A stretch of 64,000 nucleotides of DNA from an uncultured virus (IMG/VR IMGVR_UViG_3300042908_001353) (Duplodnaviria; Heunggongvirae; Uroviricota; Caudoviricetes), in the IMG/VR virus record IMGVR_UViG_3300042908_001353, one strand, 5' to 3'. Positions 18,545 through 28,098 of this stretch are shown here, piece by piece. The translations under genes and the position numbers were made by a program. The notes under the pieces were generated by a model, which searched no databases, had not been told where the DNA came from, and saw nothing but the letters and a program-made list of their open reading frames with translations. Numbering within the stretch: the first letter of the stretch is position 1; each line of letters begins with the position of its first letter.

Positions 18545-18873
18545 TTTTTTTCTTTTAATATCGTTGTAACGGCATTTTTTAATTCACCAATAACTTCGTC
18601 TTTTCCTTCACTCCTTGCTTCCATACGAGCCATACCCACTTTCATTTCATTAATACTTGCAAATATTTTTTTCATATCATCTTTCAATTCTTTCATATCA
18701 TCTTTACTTTGTTTTTCGTGTTCATTTCGTGTGGTTGTAATTATTTCTAATTTTTCCTGTAAATGAACTATATCTTTTTTTAATTCAGCAATAGATATAC
18801 GAATAGTAATCCAAGCACCGAGTAAAGAAACTGCTAATGTTACTAAAAGCGGAAAAAATTGAGTTAAAGTCAT
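18541..18873 (-). CDS. TM plus coiled-coil protein, holin/lysis accessory candidate
   Basis: Directly upstream of the endolysin, ATGA overlap. Confidence 0.55.
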   Translation of the reverse strand: MTLTQFFPLLVTLAVSLLGAWITIRISIAELKKDIVHLQEKLEIITTTRNEHEKQSKDDMKELKDDMKKIFASINEMKVGMARMEARSEGKDEVIGELKNAVTTILKEKK

Positions 18874-18875
18874 AA

Positions 18876-19007
18876 TTAGTAAATTTTTTGTAATACAAAT
18901 ATATCCGAATAATTTTGTGTGTCGGTATTATCAGTATTTAATCCTGTTACAGATTGAACACCACTACCACCGCCACCACTACTTGTATTTGAAATTGACC
19001 AACCCAT
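18876..19007 (-). pseudogene. Truncated duplicate of the N-terminus of ORF 19011-20045
   Basis: MGWSISNTSSGGGGSGVQSVTGLNTDNTDTQN then unrelated tail and stop (43 aa). Confidence 0.7.
18896..18903 (-). promoter_or_regulatory. TAnnTTTG element upstream of lysis genes
   Basis: TATATTTG on - strand, 22 nt before start 18873. Confidence 0.45.
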
Positions 19008-19010
19008 ATT

Positions 19011-20045
19011 CTAAACAACAAAATAATCGTTTGAAGGTCTAAACAACATTAAATAATAACCTGTATCTATACCATTTTGATAATATGCGTGTCCTAATCT
19101 TCTAATAACTTGATTTGTAGTTGTAGGTATAGTTGTATCAAATTTTGGAGTACCTATTGCACCATAAAGCGGAAAACCAATTAAACTTGGCGACATACTT
19201 AAAATTGTAGGAAAACCTGTTGTAATTCCTGCTTCTACTACCACGATATGACCATCTAATAAAATTTTATTACCGCCAACAAAAATACCCATCATATTTC
19301 TTGAAAAAGGGTTACTTGCAGAACAATCTGCGTAATCCCAAGTTGCACCAATTAATACTACTACACTTCCTATTACCGTTACACCTGCATCTAAAACACC
19401 TTCAATCGTATGACCCGACCACCAAAGTTCTTGATTTGTGGCTGAATCATTAATTATCCTTGATTGTGTTATTGCTCTTACAGAAAAATCGTTTTGATAA
19501 AATGAAGATGTTGTTTTATATGTACCACACGAATAATCTAATGCAGGAAAAGAACCTGTATTTTCTAATAAAACTCGACCTCCATAATCGACACTCGCCT
19601 CATTTTGGGTATCTTTTAATTCTCTATTTGCGTAATCAACACTTATTATTTCATTAGAATCTAATAATTGTCTTAATCCCCAATCAACACTAATTTTTGA
19701 ACTACCATCTAAAAGACGATAAAATCCATTTACAAAATCAATAAATAAACCACGATTACTTAAACTAAAAACAGTTCTTAATAAGCCATTTATTGCTGAA
19801 TATTCTAACGCTGAATCACCAAAAGAATTAGCACCTGTTTTCACAGGAATTGCATCGGTTGTGGAATTAATTGCCAAGCCACTTAAAGGACTTGAAGGTG
19901 TTCCTGCACCGCTTAAAGTTGTATCTATTTTAATATCAACAACAGGGTTTTGTGGGTCTGTGTTATCTGTATCTAATCCTGTTACAGATTGAACACCACC
20001 ACCACCACCGCCACCACTAATTGTATTTGAATTTGACCAACCCAT
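19011..20045 (-). CDS. Spike/fibre-like receptor-binding candidate
   Basis: Gly hinge, VQSVTG, repeated SVD[WY]xxRxL units, beta-rich C-terminus. Confidence 0.6.
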   Translation of the reverse strand: MGWSNSNTISGGGGGGGVQSVTGLDTDNTDPQNPVVDIKIDTTLSGAGTPSSPLSGLAINSTTDAIPVKTGANSFGDSALEYSAINGLLRTVFSLSNRGLFIDFVNGFYRLLDGSSKISVDWGLRQLLDSNEIISVDYANRELKDTQNEASVDYGGRVLLENTGSFPALDYSCGTYKTTSSFYQNDFSVRAITQSRIINDSATNQELWWSGHTIEGVLDAGVTVIGSVVVLIGATWDYADCSASNPFSRNMMGIFVGGNKILLDGHIVVVEAGITTGFPTILSMSPSLIGFPLYGAIGTPKFDTTIPTTTNQVIRRLGHAYYQNGIDTGYYLMLFRPSNDYFVV

Positions 20046-20057
20046 ATTATTTTATTT

Positions 20058-20354
20058 TTAATAACAAGCAACAATATTTGCAATAGCACCTGCACCACCC
20101 GATATTGTAATTGCAGGATAAGGTTTACCAATATCAACAAATGAATAGGTAACATTTTGTGCAACAATTACAGGCAATAATGTTAATGTGCCTTGTGCTT
20201 GATTTCCTGTAATTTCAATAGTTAAAGCAGATGCAGATGTATTTAAAATATCAATAGTTCTTGCACCCGTAGGAATTACGATTGATGTCGTACCCATATC
20301 AAATTCAACTTCTGTGGTTAAAACCGATGCTTGATTAACTGAAAAATTACTCAT
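20058..20354 (-). CDS. Small beta-rich structural protein (possible vertex protein)
   Basis: 98 aa, T/I/V/A-rich strands; adjacent to the spike candidate. Confidence 0.55.
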   Translation of the reverse strand: MSNFSVNQASVLTTEVEFDMGTTSIVIPTGARTIDILNTSASALTIEITGNQAQGTLTLLPVIVAQNVTYSFVDIGKPYPAITISGGAGAIANIVACY

Positions 20355-20731
20355 ATTATTTCGCTTAAATTTACTTTTCTAATTGGTTTTTTATCGCCAT
20401 ATAAATAAATATTTGGCGTTCCTTTTTCATCAACGGCATAAATTCTTGCGTTAATATCTTTCAATAACACTTTTTCTTCAATAGAAAGTCGTTTTAATGA
20501 TTTACATATTGTATCTACTACAACACCCTTAAAAACCACTTTCATACCAAGTATTTTATTCCACGAAATAGGTTCGATTTCCGATACTTTATTTAGTATC
20601 ATACAATCAACCGATTCCATATCGGGAGATAAATACATTTTAATTCTAACATCTTTCAATAAGATGCCGTTGTTTTTACTTGTAGAAAGCAACGCTGACC
20701 GCATTACACTTTCAATTTGCTCGTTTAACAT
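20351..20731 (-). CDS. Hypothetical protein
   Basis: 126 aa ORF with its own promoter motif. Confidence 0.75.
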   Translation of the reverse strand: MLNEQIESVMRSALLSTSKNNGILLKDVRIKMYLSPDMESVDCMILNKVSEIEPISWNKILGMKVVFKGVVVDTICKSLKRLSIEEKVLLKDINARIYAVDEKGTPNIYLYGDKKPIRKVNLSEII

Positions 20732-20756
20732 ATTGCTCGTTTATTAAATTTCACTT

Positions 20757-20764
20757 CAAATATA
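20757..20764 (-). promoter_or_regulatory. TAnnTTTG element
   Basis: TATATTTG on - strand in the intergenic gap. Confidence 0.5.
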
Positions 20765-20787
20765 AGAAATGAAATTTAATTATTTAT

Positions 20788-21042
20788 TTATCCTTCTGTT
20801 TCTTCGCTTGAAGAACTTCGTGTGATATTCACATTTGTTTCTGCTTGTGCAGGTGCTAATCCCATTTTTGTTGAACCTAACAATGTAGGTAAACTATGGT
20901 AAACGGCTACTGCTGAAACGAATAACACAAGTGCAGGAAGAACCATATCTTTACTATTTTTAGTTTTAGATAAAGTCATTACATTTTTGTAGATTAAAAA
21001 TCCACCTGCACCAATAACTCCTAAATTTACTATTGTTTTCAT
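20788..21042 (-). CDS. Small two-TM membrane protein
   Basis: Two hydrophobic segments. Confidence 0.7.
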   Translation of the reverse strand: MKTIVNLGVIGAGGFLIYKNVMTLSKTKNSKDMVLPALVLFVSAVAVYHSLPTLLGSTKMGLAPAQAETNVNITRSSSSEETEG

Positions 21043-21055
21043 ATTTATTTTTTAA

Positions 21056-23212
21056 TTAAAGTTTTGCCGTTCTATCTCTGTCGCTTTTGTTTCTACGATT
21101 TTCTTTGTAAATACCTTTTCCAAGATATTTTGTTATTTGTTTTTCCGTAGGAACTGCATATTGGTCTTTGCGTAGTTTTGAAGCAAGTGAATTTGTAAAG
21201 CGATAACCAACAGGTTTTGCAACTCTTGTTTTATCTACTGACCTATCAGTTTTTCCTATTTGTTCATTTGCCCTTCTTCTACGTTTTTTTGCTAATCCAC
21301 CATCAGCGTATAATTTTTGAGTATTATTTATTTTTTCAATCATTTCAGATGCTTCTTTTTCACTTGAAGCACTTGTGTAATCAATTACATCTCCACTTGG
21401 AACACTCTGTATTTCTATGGCATATCTTTTTATACTTCCATTATCAACTATTTCACCACTTTCATTTACAAAATAATCAGCATCATAATTTCTAACTGCG
21501 AGTATTGGCAAATTATCATAGACCCCACCACCATTTTTAAATTCAGCAAACTCCTCCTCCTCAAACATTGTACGAACCATTTTAGGGTCTTGACGTATGT
21601 CTTTTCGTGTTGTGTAAGCACCATCTAATAAATCTTTTCCCTTAATGGTATTTCCGTATGTTGTAGTTAATGTTTTTATATTTCTTTTTGGAATATAAGT
21701 TGCGTTTAATTTACCTTTTTCACCTGCTTCCCCACCACCTGCGTATTTTTTATTAAAAAACTTTGAATCTAATACTTCGTAATCACCATTCATATACACT
21801 TCTATTAATTGCACATTATCCAAAGGAACTTCTTCATTTGTTGTTCCTCTTTTTACCATTTTATCAAAAAATGATTTTGCTTTTGATTGTGTATTGAATG
21901 TGTCATCTCTATATTCTTGCCCATTTACATCATCATAATCAACTGAATAATACTCTACACCACCTTTCATTGAAATAGATTTTTCTCTAAATGATTCTCC
22001 ACCACCTGCGAAATTTTCATCAGAATCTTTTTGCAGGTATTCAATGAAATCGTCTAAATGCTTCATACATTTTTCCTTAAATCTTTCAAAAGCACCTTGA
22101 TAAAATTCTTCTTTCCATTCTTGATAATAGTAATCTTTATCTTCTTCTGACAAATCATCCCAATCTTCAAAACCTGCATCTTCGGGAGAAAATTCATCAA
22201 GATAAGTATGTTCTTCTAAAATATTAAAAACACTTCTGTTCGAAGGTGATTCCAATTCAAAACTCCATCCACTACCCATATCTGTATTTACCCAACGATA
22301 ACTAATTGATTCTTCAAGAAGTTTTTCGGCTCTATTTTTAATTCCCTTTACTCTACCACCACCTGCGTATTTATAAGGGTCATTACCCATATATTCTTTT
22401 ATTTCAATAAACGGATAACTATTTTTGAATTTCTGCATTGTTTTGATTGCATCAACTTTTCTTGTATATGAATCTGCAATAATTTTACCATTAATTTTAT
22501 TGTCGTAATCAGTTGATTTATTATAAGCGACTACATCATAGAGTTTTATTTTACCACCACCTGCATATTCATCTTCATTTTTTGCACTTTTTAGCATTTC
22601 CAATAATCCCATGTAAGTTTTATCTCCATAAGTAGTAGCAATATATTTTCCCTCTGCATTTTCTGACCAAATGTTATAGTAAATATCATAAGCATCGTTT
22701 TGTTTAATCATTTCAACGAAACCATCAAATGTCTTTTTACCAAAACTTGTTGCTATTTTACCATTGTCCTCGTTAGGATTAAATATGGCTCTCGCTATTG
22801 ATATTAATTTTTCATCTGCTTCTCCACCACCTGCGTATTTATTTCCAATAATTTTATCGAACATATTTGGTCTTGGTTCTCCGTTAAATAATTCTTCATA
22901 ATAAATATATCCTTCATCACCTTCTTGAAAATCATTATCGTTATTATGATTATCTATCATACTTGTAAAAGCAAACATATCATTTTCTGTGTCAAAAGCA
23001 ACTTTGTTTGGTGCTTGGGTATAGATTTCACCTTCAAACATACCCATCATACGACTTGCGTAATCAATATATTCGTCAATCTTACTTCTATCCATTTTAA
23101 TCCAATAATACTTTTTCTCTGCTTTACCCCCACGACCAAAGGTTTCACCACCTTCTTCAAATAGTTTTCCTATTCCAAAACCAATAGCACCTGCAATTAA
23201 ATATGGTAACAT
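21056..23212 (-). CDS. GG-linker polyprotein A (hydrophobic N-terminus, 7 modules, basic C-terminal domain)
   Basis: Linkers FGRGG, YAGGG x4, FAGGG, FKNGGG, YADGG. Confidence 0.85.
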   Translation of the reverse strand: MLPYLIAGAIGFGIGKLFEEGGETFGRGGKAEKKYYWIKMDRSKIDEYIDYASRMMGMFEGEIYTQAPNKVAFDTENDMFAFTSMIDNHNNDNDFQEGDEGYIYYEELFNGEPRPNMFDKIIGNKYAGGGEADEKLISIARAIFNPNEDNGKIATSFGKKTFDGFVEMIKQNDAYDIYYNIWSENAEGKYIATTYGDKTYMGLLEMLKSAKNEDEYAGGGKIKLYDVVAYNKSTDYDNKINGKIIADSYTRKVDAIKTMQKFKNSYPFIEIKEYMGNDPYKYAGGGRVKGIKNRAEKLLEESISYRWVNTDMGSGWSFELESPSNRSVFNILEEHTYLDEFSPEDAGFEDWDDLSEEDKDYYYQEWKEEFYQGAFERFKEKCMKHLDDFIEYLQKDSDENFAGGGESFREKSISMKGGVEYYSVDYDDVNGQEYRDDTFNTQSKAKSFFDKMVKRGTTNEEVPLDNVQLIEVYMNGDYEVLDSKFFNKKYAGGGEAGEKGKLNATYIPKRNIKTLTTTYGNTIKGKDLLDGAYTTRKDIRQDPKMVRTMFEEEEFAEFKNGGGVYDNLPILAVRNYDADYFVNESGEIVDNGSIKRYAIEIQSVPSGDVIDYTSASSEKEASEMIEKINNTQKLYADGGLAKKRRRRANEQIGKTDRSVDKTRVAKPVGYRFTNSLASKLRKDQYAVPTEKQITKYLGKGIYKENRRNKSDRDRTAKL

Positions 23213-23224
23213 AATTTTTAATTT

Positions 23225-23740
23225 TTAATAGTTCATTATATTGTGAACCGAATCTTCAAATTCAAAAGGCAATTTTTTCAATCCAAACAATGCCGTTTTA
23301 ATATCAAAAGTTCCTGTAACTTTTACTTTTACTTTTTTACGACCACTTTCAGTAACTAAATCCTCTACGTTATCTATACCTAAATTGATTAATTCTTTTG
23401 TGGTTAAAAATACATTAGTAGGTAATAAAGATGTTCCATTACCTAAAACTTCTACTTCTTCTACCGCACCAACTTTTTTAACAAATTTACCATTTACAAA
23501 AACATCATAAACTTGGTTTTTAATACTAAACCGAATATCACTTGGATTTTTAATTACCCACAAAATTGTAAAAGATATTTCTTTTAAGGATAGGGTATTT
23601 AATTTAACGGTTTTAATGTCAAAACTTATATTCGCAAGTTTTCGTACATTTTTTAAAACGTAATTAAGTGTGATTGCGGTTAATCCAATAATTACCGCAC
23701 CAACACCAATTTTAATTTTCGTTATTTTATCTAATGCCAT
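23225..23740 (-). CDS. TM-anchored LEA_2/WHy-like protein
   Basis: IKNPSDIRFSIKNQVYDVFVNGKFVKKV pattern. Confidence 0.65.
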   Translation of the reverse strand: MALDKITKIKIGVGAVIIGLTAITLNYVLKNVRKLANISFDIKTVKLNTLSLKEISFTILWVIKNPSDIRFSIKNQVYDVFVNGKFVKKVGAVEEVEVLGNGTSLLPTNVFLTTKELINLGIDNVEDLVTESGRKKVKVKVTGTFDIKTALFGLKKLPFEFEDSVHNIMNY

Positions 23741-24222
23741 TATAAATCATTTACAAGGTCAAGGTCATAAGCATTTCTACCATCCATACCACTAAACGGA
23801 GATTTAGGTGTAGTCATCGTAACAGGTTTTGCTAAACTGATACTTGGCTTACTAATAATGGGTGCAGGTGCAGGTGGAGTTTTAGGTGGCAACGATGGTG
23901 CAGGTGCAACACTTGTAGCAGGTGCAGGTGCAGATGCAGGTGTTGGCATTGTTGCTGTTGGTGTAATTACAGGAGTAGATACAGGTGTTGATGTTGGGTT
24001 TGTTGCCACAACAATCGTTGGAGTAGGCGTTACAGGGGCAGAAAAACCACCACCGCCACCGCCACCACTACCAACAGGAACAATTTCACCTTTTGCATCT
24101 TCTTCTTCTGCAACGGGTTGTACTTGTTGGGTAAGTTGTTTTTGGCGATTTTTATTCCAAAAGTAATATCCAACCAATGCACCACCTATTCCTAAAAATA
24201 TTAATAAATTATTATTTTTCAT
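23740..24222 (-). CDS. TM-anchored Pro/Thr/Ala-rich protein
   Basis: Mucin-like stalk; ends FSGMDGRNAYDLDLVNDL. Confidence 0.75.
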   Translation of the reverse strand: MKNNNLLIFLGIGGALVGYYFWNKNRQKQLTQQVQPVAEEEDAKGEIVPVGSGGGGGGGFSAPVTPTPTIVVATNPTSTPVSTPVITPTATMPTPASAPAPATSVAPAPSLPPKTPPAPAPIISKPSISLAKPVTMTTPKSPFSGMDGRNAYDLDLVNDL

Positions 24223-24232
24223 TTTATTTTAA

Positions 24233-24634
24233 TTAACGGAATGAAACATCAAAATCATCTGTCATTCCCGAATAAAATTCGTCTTGAATATCGCTTCCAT
24301 CAAAAGCAACACCACCACCTTTTACTCGGTCTAAACAATCTCTATAATCTTTTCCTTTACCATATTTATCACGGCAAACTTCTCTTGCATCTTTTCGGTA
24401 TGCACGTTTTTCTTTTCCTTTCAAGTCCTTAATATTTTGACCTGCTTTTGGTGTAGCACCTTCGGGTGTCGTAGCACCATCTTCTGCACTTGCAGATTTT
24501 GTTGCACCACTTTCGGTTGCACCGCCATCTGTTGCACCAACTTCAAGAGATTTCTTTTTATTTCGTGTGTAAAGGTAATATCCGATTCCTACAACGGCTA
24601 AACCACCAATAATGTAAATTACTTTTTTGTCCAT
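24233..24634 (-). CDS. TM-anchored protein
   Basis: IIGGLAVVGIGYYLYTR; ends FDVSFR. Confidence 0.8.
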   Translation of the reverse strand: MDKKVIYIIGGLAVVGIGYYLYTRNKKKSLEVGATDGGATESGATKSASAEDGATTPEGATPKAGQNIKDLKGKEKRAYRKDAREVCRDKYGKGKDYRDCLDRVKGGGVAFDGSDIQDEFYSGMTDDFDVSFR

Positions 24635-24659
24635 TTTATTTTGTTTTAAGTTTAATTAA

Positions 24660-25130
24660 TTATCTAAATGAAATATCAAAATCACTTGACATATTTGAAT
24701 ATCTATCGCCACTAAAAGAAATTAATCCTTGACTTCTCAAATCGTCTTTAAATGCGTTTTTACAATTTTCATATTTTTGAACGCTTCCTTTTATATTCAA
24801 AAGGGGTTTTACGCCACATTTTTTTAACAATCTAAACTCAACTTCATTTTTTGTTAATTGTGTTTTTGGCGTTGTTGATTTTGGTGGTGTTGAAGCAGGT
24901 GGTGTTGAAGCAGGTGTTGATGTACCCGTTTCACTTGCCATTGGACTTTTTGGTTTACCAATAGGAGTTGCTTTTGGCTCTGTTTCTTCTGCGGTTGCAT
25001 CAGCATCCTTAACATTTGTACTTACAGGTGCTTGTTGTGGGGTAGCAGATTTACGTTTTGTGTAAAGGTAATATCCAATACCAACTACGGCAATTCCGCC
25101 AACGATATAAATTAAATTTTTGTTTTCCAT
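24660..25130 (-). CDS. TM-anchored protein, paralog of 24233
   Basis: IVGGIAVVGIGYYLYTK; ends FDISFR. Confidence 0.8.
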   Translation of the reverse strand: MENKNLIYIVGGIAVVGIGYYLYTKRKSATPQQAPVSTNVKDADATAEETEPKATPIGKPKSPMASETGTSTPASTPPASTPPKSTTPKTQLTKNEVEFRLLKKCGVKPLLNIKGSVQKYENCKNAFKDDLRSQGLISFSGDRYSNMSSDFDISFR

Positions 25131-25151
25131 TTTTTTTGTTTTTTATGTTAA

Positions 25152-26444
25152 TTAAAGTTTTGCCGTTCTATCTTTGTCGCTTCGGTTTTTACGATTTTCC
25201 TTGTAAATACCTTTTCCAAGATATTTTGTTATTTGTTTTTCCGTAGGTACTGCGTATTTATCTTTTCGTAGTTTTGAAGCAAGTGAATTTGAAAAGCGAT
25301 AACCAACAGGTTTTCCAACTCTTGTTTTATCTACTGACCTATCAGTTCTTCCTGTTTGTGCATTTGCCCTTCTTCTACGTTTTTTTGCTTCACCACCACC
25401 TGCGTATTCATCCAATTTATCTTCCCAATAATCTAATTCTTCATTATTAATATAGGCATAAAAATCTTCTTCATAATAAATATTCATTTTATCCATTACA
25501 TCAAAAATGGAATCAAATGTTTTTTCAAAAATGGTTAAATTATCGGGGTAACTCGCAATACGAACTTCTAATTTGAATTTATACCCTTTTAATTTTTCAT
25601 TCTCAATTTGTCGTTCTTTTTTAGTACCTGCCCTTAAATCAAAATTTTTGAATAATTTATTTTCGGGTAATTCATTAAAATACTTGTCGTCTAATATTTC
25701 GGCAACCTTTTTACCTTTTTCATTGTAAATAGTAATTAAAAAATATGTTCCATCGTCTGTCCAACCATTTTGAATTTCATAAGCCAAATCATACGCTTCA
25801 TCTAAATTGTCAAATGTTTTTTTATATATTTCTCCACCATCATAAACATATCCTTTCACAACATATTTTTTAGTTGCTTTACCACCACCTGCGTATTCAT
25901 CCTCACTATCAGAAAAATAACCATTTTCTATTTGATTAATTATATTTTTAGCATCGTCATCGCTTAATTGTGAAATAAAATCTGTCATTTGATTTGCGTC
26001 ATCAATATCAATATCAAATTCATAACAAAATGCTTCATATTCATTAGAATCAAAATCTGAAACTAAATCGTATAATTCATCTTGAACTTCACCGCCACCT
26101 TCAAATTTACTAACATACGAAACATTATAACCCATTTCTTCTGCAAGTGCCTTTAATCTGTTTGTAATTGCACTTGTAGTTTTTGAATATTTAATATTTG
26201 TTATTCTAACATCGTTTCCTTTTCGTATGGCAATTAAAGTAGAATAATTACGCAATAAAAGAAAATCATCATATTGATTGTAATACGTTGAAAGATTGTT
26301 GGTTTGTGTTTCTCTATTCGATGTCAAAAAAGAACGTAAAATATCTTCATTTGTCATTCCCCCACGACCAAAGGTTTCTCCACCTTCTTCAAATAGTTTT
26401 CCTATTCCAAAACCAATAGCACCTGCAATTAAATATGGTAACAT
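25152..26444 (-). CDS. GG-linker polyprotein B (same ends as A, 3 different modules)
   Basis: Identical first 29 aa and near-identical last ~80 aa to ORF 21056. Confidence 0.85.
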   Translation of the reverse strand: MLPYLIAGAIGFGIGKLFEEGGETFGRGGMTNEDILRSFLTSNRETQTNNLSTYYNQYDDFLLLRNYSTLIAIRKGNDVRITNIKYSKTTSAITNRLKALAEEMGYNVSYVSKFEGGGEVQDELYDLVSDFDSNEYEAFCYEFDIDIDDANQMTDFISQLSDDDAKNIINQIENGYFSDSEDEYAGGGKATKKYVVKGYVYDGGEIYKKTFDNLDEAYDLAYEIQNGWTDDGTYFLITIYNEKGKKVAEILDDKYFNELPENKLFKNFDLRAGTKKERQIENEKLKGYKFKLEVRIASYPDNLTIFEKTFDSIFDVMDKMNIYYEEDFYAYINNEELDYWEDKLDEYAGGGEAKKRRRRANAQTGRTDRSVDKTRVGKPVGYRFSNSLASKLRKDKYAVPTEKQITKYLGKGIYKENRKNRSDKDRTAKL

Positions 26445-26477
26445 AATTTTTAATTTTTAATTTTTAATTTTTAATTT

Positions 26478-27221
26478 TTATACAAACGAAACGTCAAAGT
26501 TATTGTCAAATCCTGCCCAAATTTCTTCTTCACCGCCTGTAAAACTTAATTTTTTATTGCCTAACCATGACGTAGAAATTGTGTTTGCTAACCACCATCT
26601 ACCACCAAAAGATAATAGCGTTTTTACATACACATATAAATTACCTTTTGAATCAAATTTCCAATCGGTTATTTTACCAATCGCACCCCCATTTGTATCT
26701 ATATAAGATGGCGAATTTAACGATAATTTTGATTTTGATACAAATGGTGTAGAATAGACACTTTTGCCAATCGGATTTGCTATTGATTTTTCTCCTTTTT
26801 TCAACGTATAAATTCTATTGTTAAATAAAAATCCACCTCTTTTGGTTTTTTTATTAATAGCATCTGCCCATTTACCTAAAAATTCTTCGTCTTTCCCTTT
26901 TAATGCACTTTCGTTTGGAACAACATTAACACTTTTTTGATATTTAATTATTGTTTTTATGTCGTTATCTTTTTCCGATGTTTTCTTTCTTGGCTTATCT
27001 TTTTTATTTGATTTATCCTTTTTATCGGATTTATCATCTTTTACTTTATTATCAGCAACATTTTTATCATCGTTATCCGTTGTTTGTTCGTCAACAACAT
27101 TGGTAGCATCCGAATCTTTTAATTCATTAGTATTTTTCTTTTTTCTAAAATATAAATACGCACCTATTCCACCGCCAATTAAGACCGTTCCAATAACTGC
27201 ATATATTATTCCTTTATTCAT
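26478..27221 (-). CDS. TM-anchored protein, paralog of 27230
   Basis: Ends SFTGGEEEIWAGFDNNFDVSFV. Confidence 0.8.
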   Translation of the reverse strand: MNKGIIYAVIGTVLIGGGIGAYLYFRKKKNTNELKDSDATNVVDEQTTDNDDKNVADNKVKDDKSDKKDKSNKKDKPRKKTSEKDNDIKTIIKYQKSVNVVPNESALKGKDEEFLGKWADAINKKTKRGGFLFNNRIYTLKKGEKSIANPIGKSVYSTPFVSKSKLSLNSPSYIDTNGGAIGKITDWKFDSKGNLYVYVKTLLSFGGRWWLANTISTSWLGNKKLSFTGGEEEIWAGFDNNFDVSFV

Positions 27222-27229
27222 TTTATTTT

Positions 27230-28087
27230 TTATCTAAATGAAACGTCAAAATTATTATCAAATCCTGCCCAAATTTCTTCTTCGCCACCTGTGAATGAAC
27301 TACTTGCTTTTTTCACATTAATTGAAGCAATCCACTTCTTTTTGTTAGGCAAATAAATGTATAAGTATGGGTTATTAAATTTAATATCTCCACCCTTACC
27401 TAATTCTTCTCCTGCTTTAATTCCTGTTCCTGCTGAATCTTTTGAAGCACTTGCTCTCAATGTAGCAACCTTGCTCGTTTTTAGGTTAAATATTAATGGA
27501 TTATAGTCCATAACTCTTTCACCTGTTTTTGTACGATAAACTTGGTTTGCCCAAATAAATGCAGTTTTGTCTTTTCCGATTGTTTCTGCCCACTTTTTAA
27601 CGAAATCTTGATTAGCACCATTCAAATAACTTTCTTTTGCTTTACTACCTGTTGCAAAATCTAAAATACGTTTTTTAGCATCGGCACTAACAACGGTTGT
27701 AATGCCTTTGTAAGTTGGTGATTTCTTAAAATCAGAACCATATTTATCCCACGCTTTTTGTGAATTAGAACCCCATTTACCATCTGCACCCGAACCACCA
27801 AGAATTGTAACATCGTTTTTAGTATTCAAAACATAATTTTGAAACGCTTTAATTTTATCTGCCGTATTTAATTCGGATGGTGCTGAACTTTTTGGTTTTG
27901 TTTGACTACCGCTATCATCACGGGTTGTTATTGTCGGAACAACAATATCTTCCTTTTTTTCATCTAAATTTTCGTCTGCGGTTTCCTCTTTCGGTTTTCT
28001 CAATAGAAAATAAATTCCTACCCCACCACCTACTACAAGTGTGCCTATAAGTAACCAAAACCCTACTGAACTTTTACCTTTTGCCAT
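27230..28087 (-). CDS. TM-anchored protein with PG-binding-like segment
   Basis: IKAFQNY...ADGKWGSNSQKAW; ends SFTGGEEEIWAGFDNNFDVSFR. Confidence 0.8.
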   Translation of the reverse strand: MAKGKSSVGFWLLIGTLVVGGGVGIYFLLRKPKEETADENLDEKKEDIVVPTITTRDDSGSQTKPKSSAPSELNTADKIKAFQNYVLNTKNDVTILGGSGADGKWGSNSQKAWDKYGSDFKKSPTYKGITTVVSADAKKRILDFATGSKAKESYLNGANQDFVKKWAETIGKDKTAFIWANQVYRTKTGERVMDYNPLIFNLKTSKVATLRASASKDSAGTGIKAGEELGKGGDIKFNNPYLYIYLPNKKKWIASINVKKASSSFTGGEEEIWAGFDNNFDVSFR

Positions 28088-28098
28088 TTTTTTTGTTT

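Noticed and set aside
2931..20742. AACGAGCA motif near starts and ends (about 2932, 11613, 20733)
   Set aside because: Too short and too few copies to distinguish from chance
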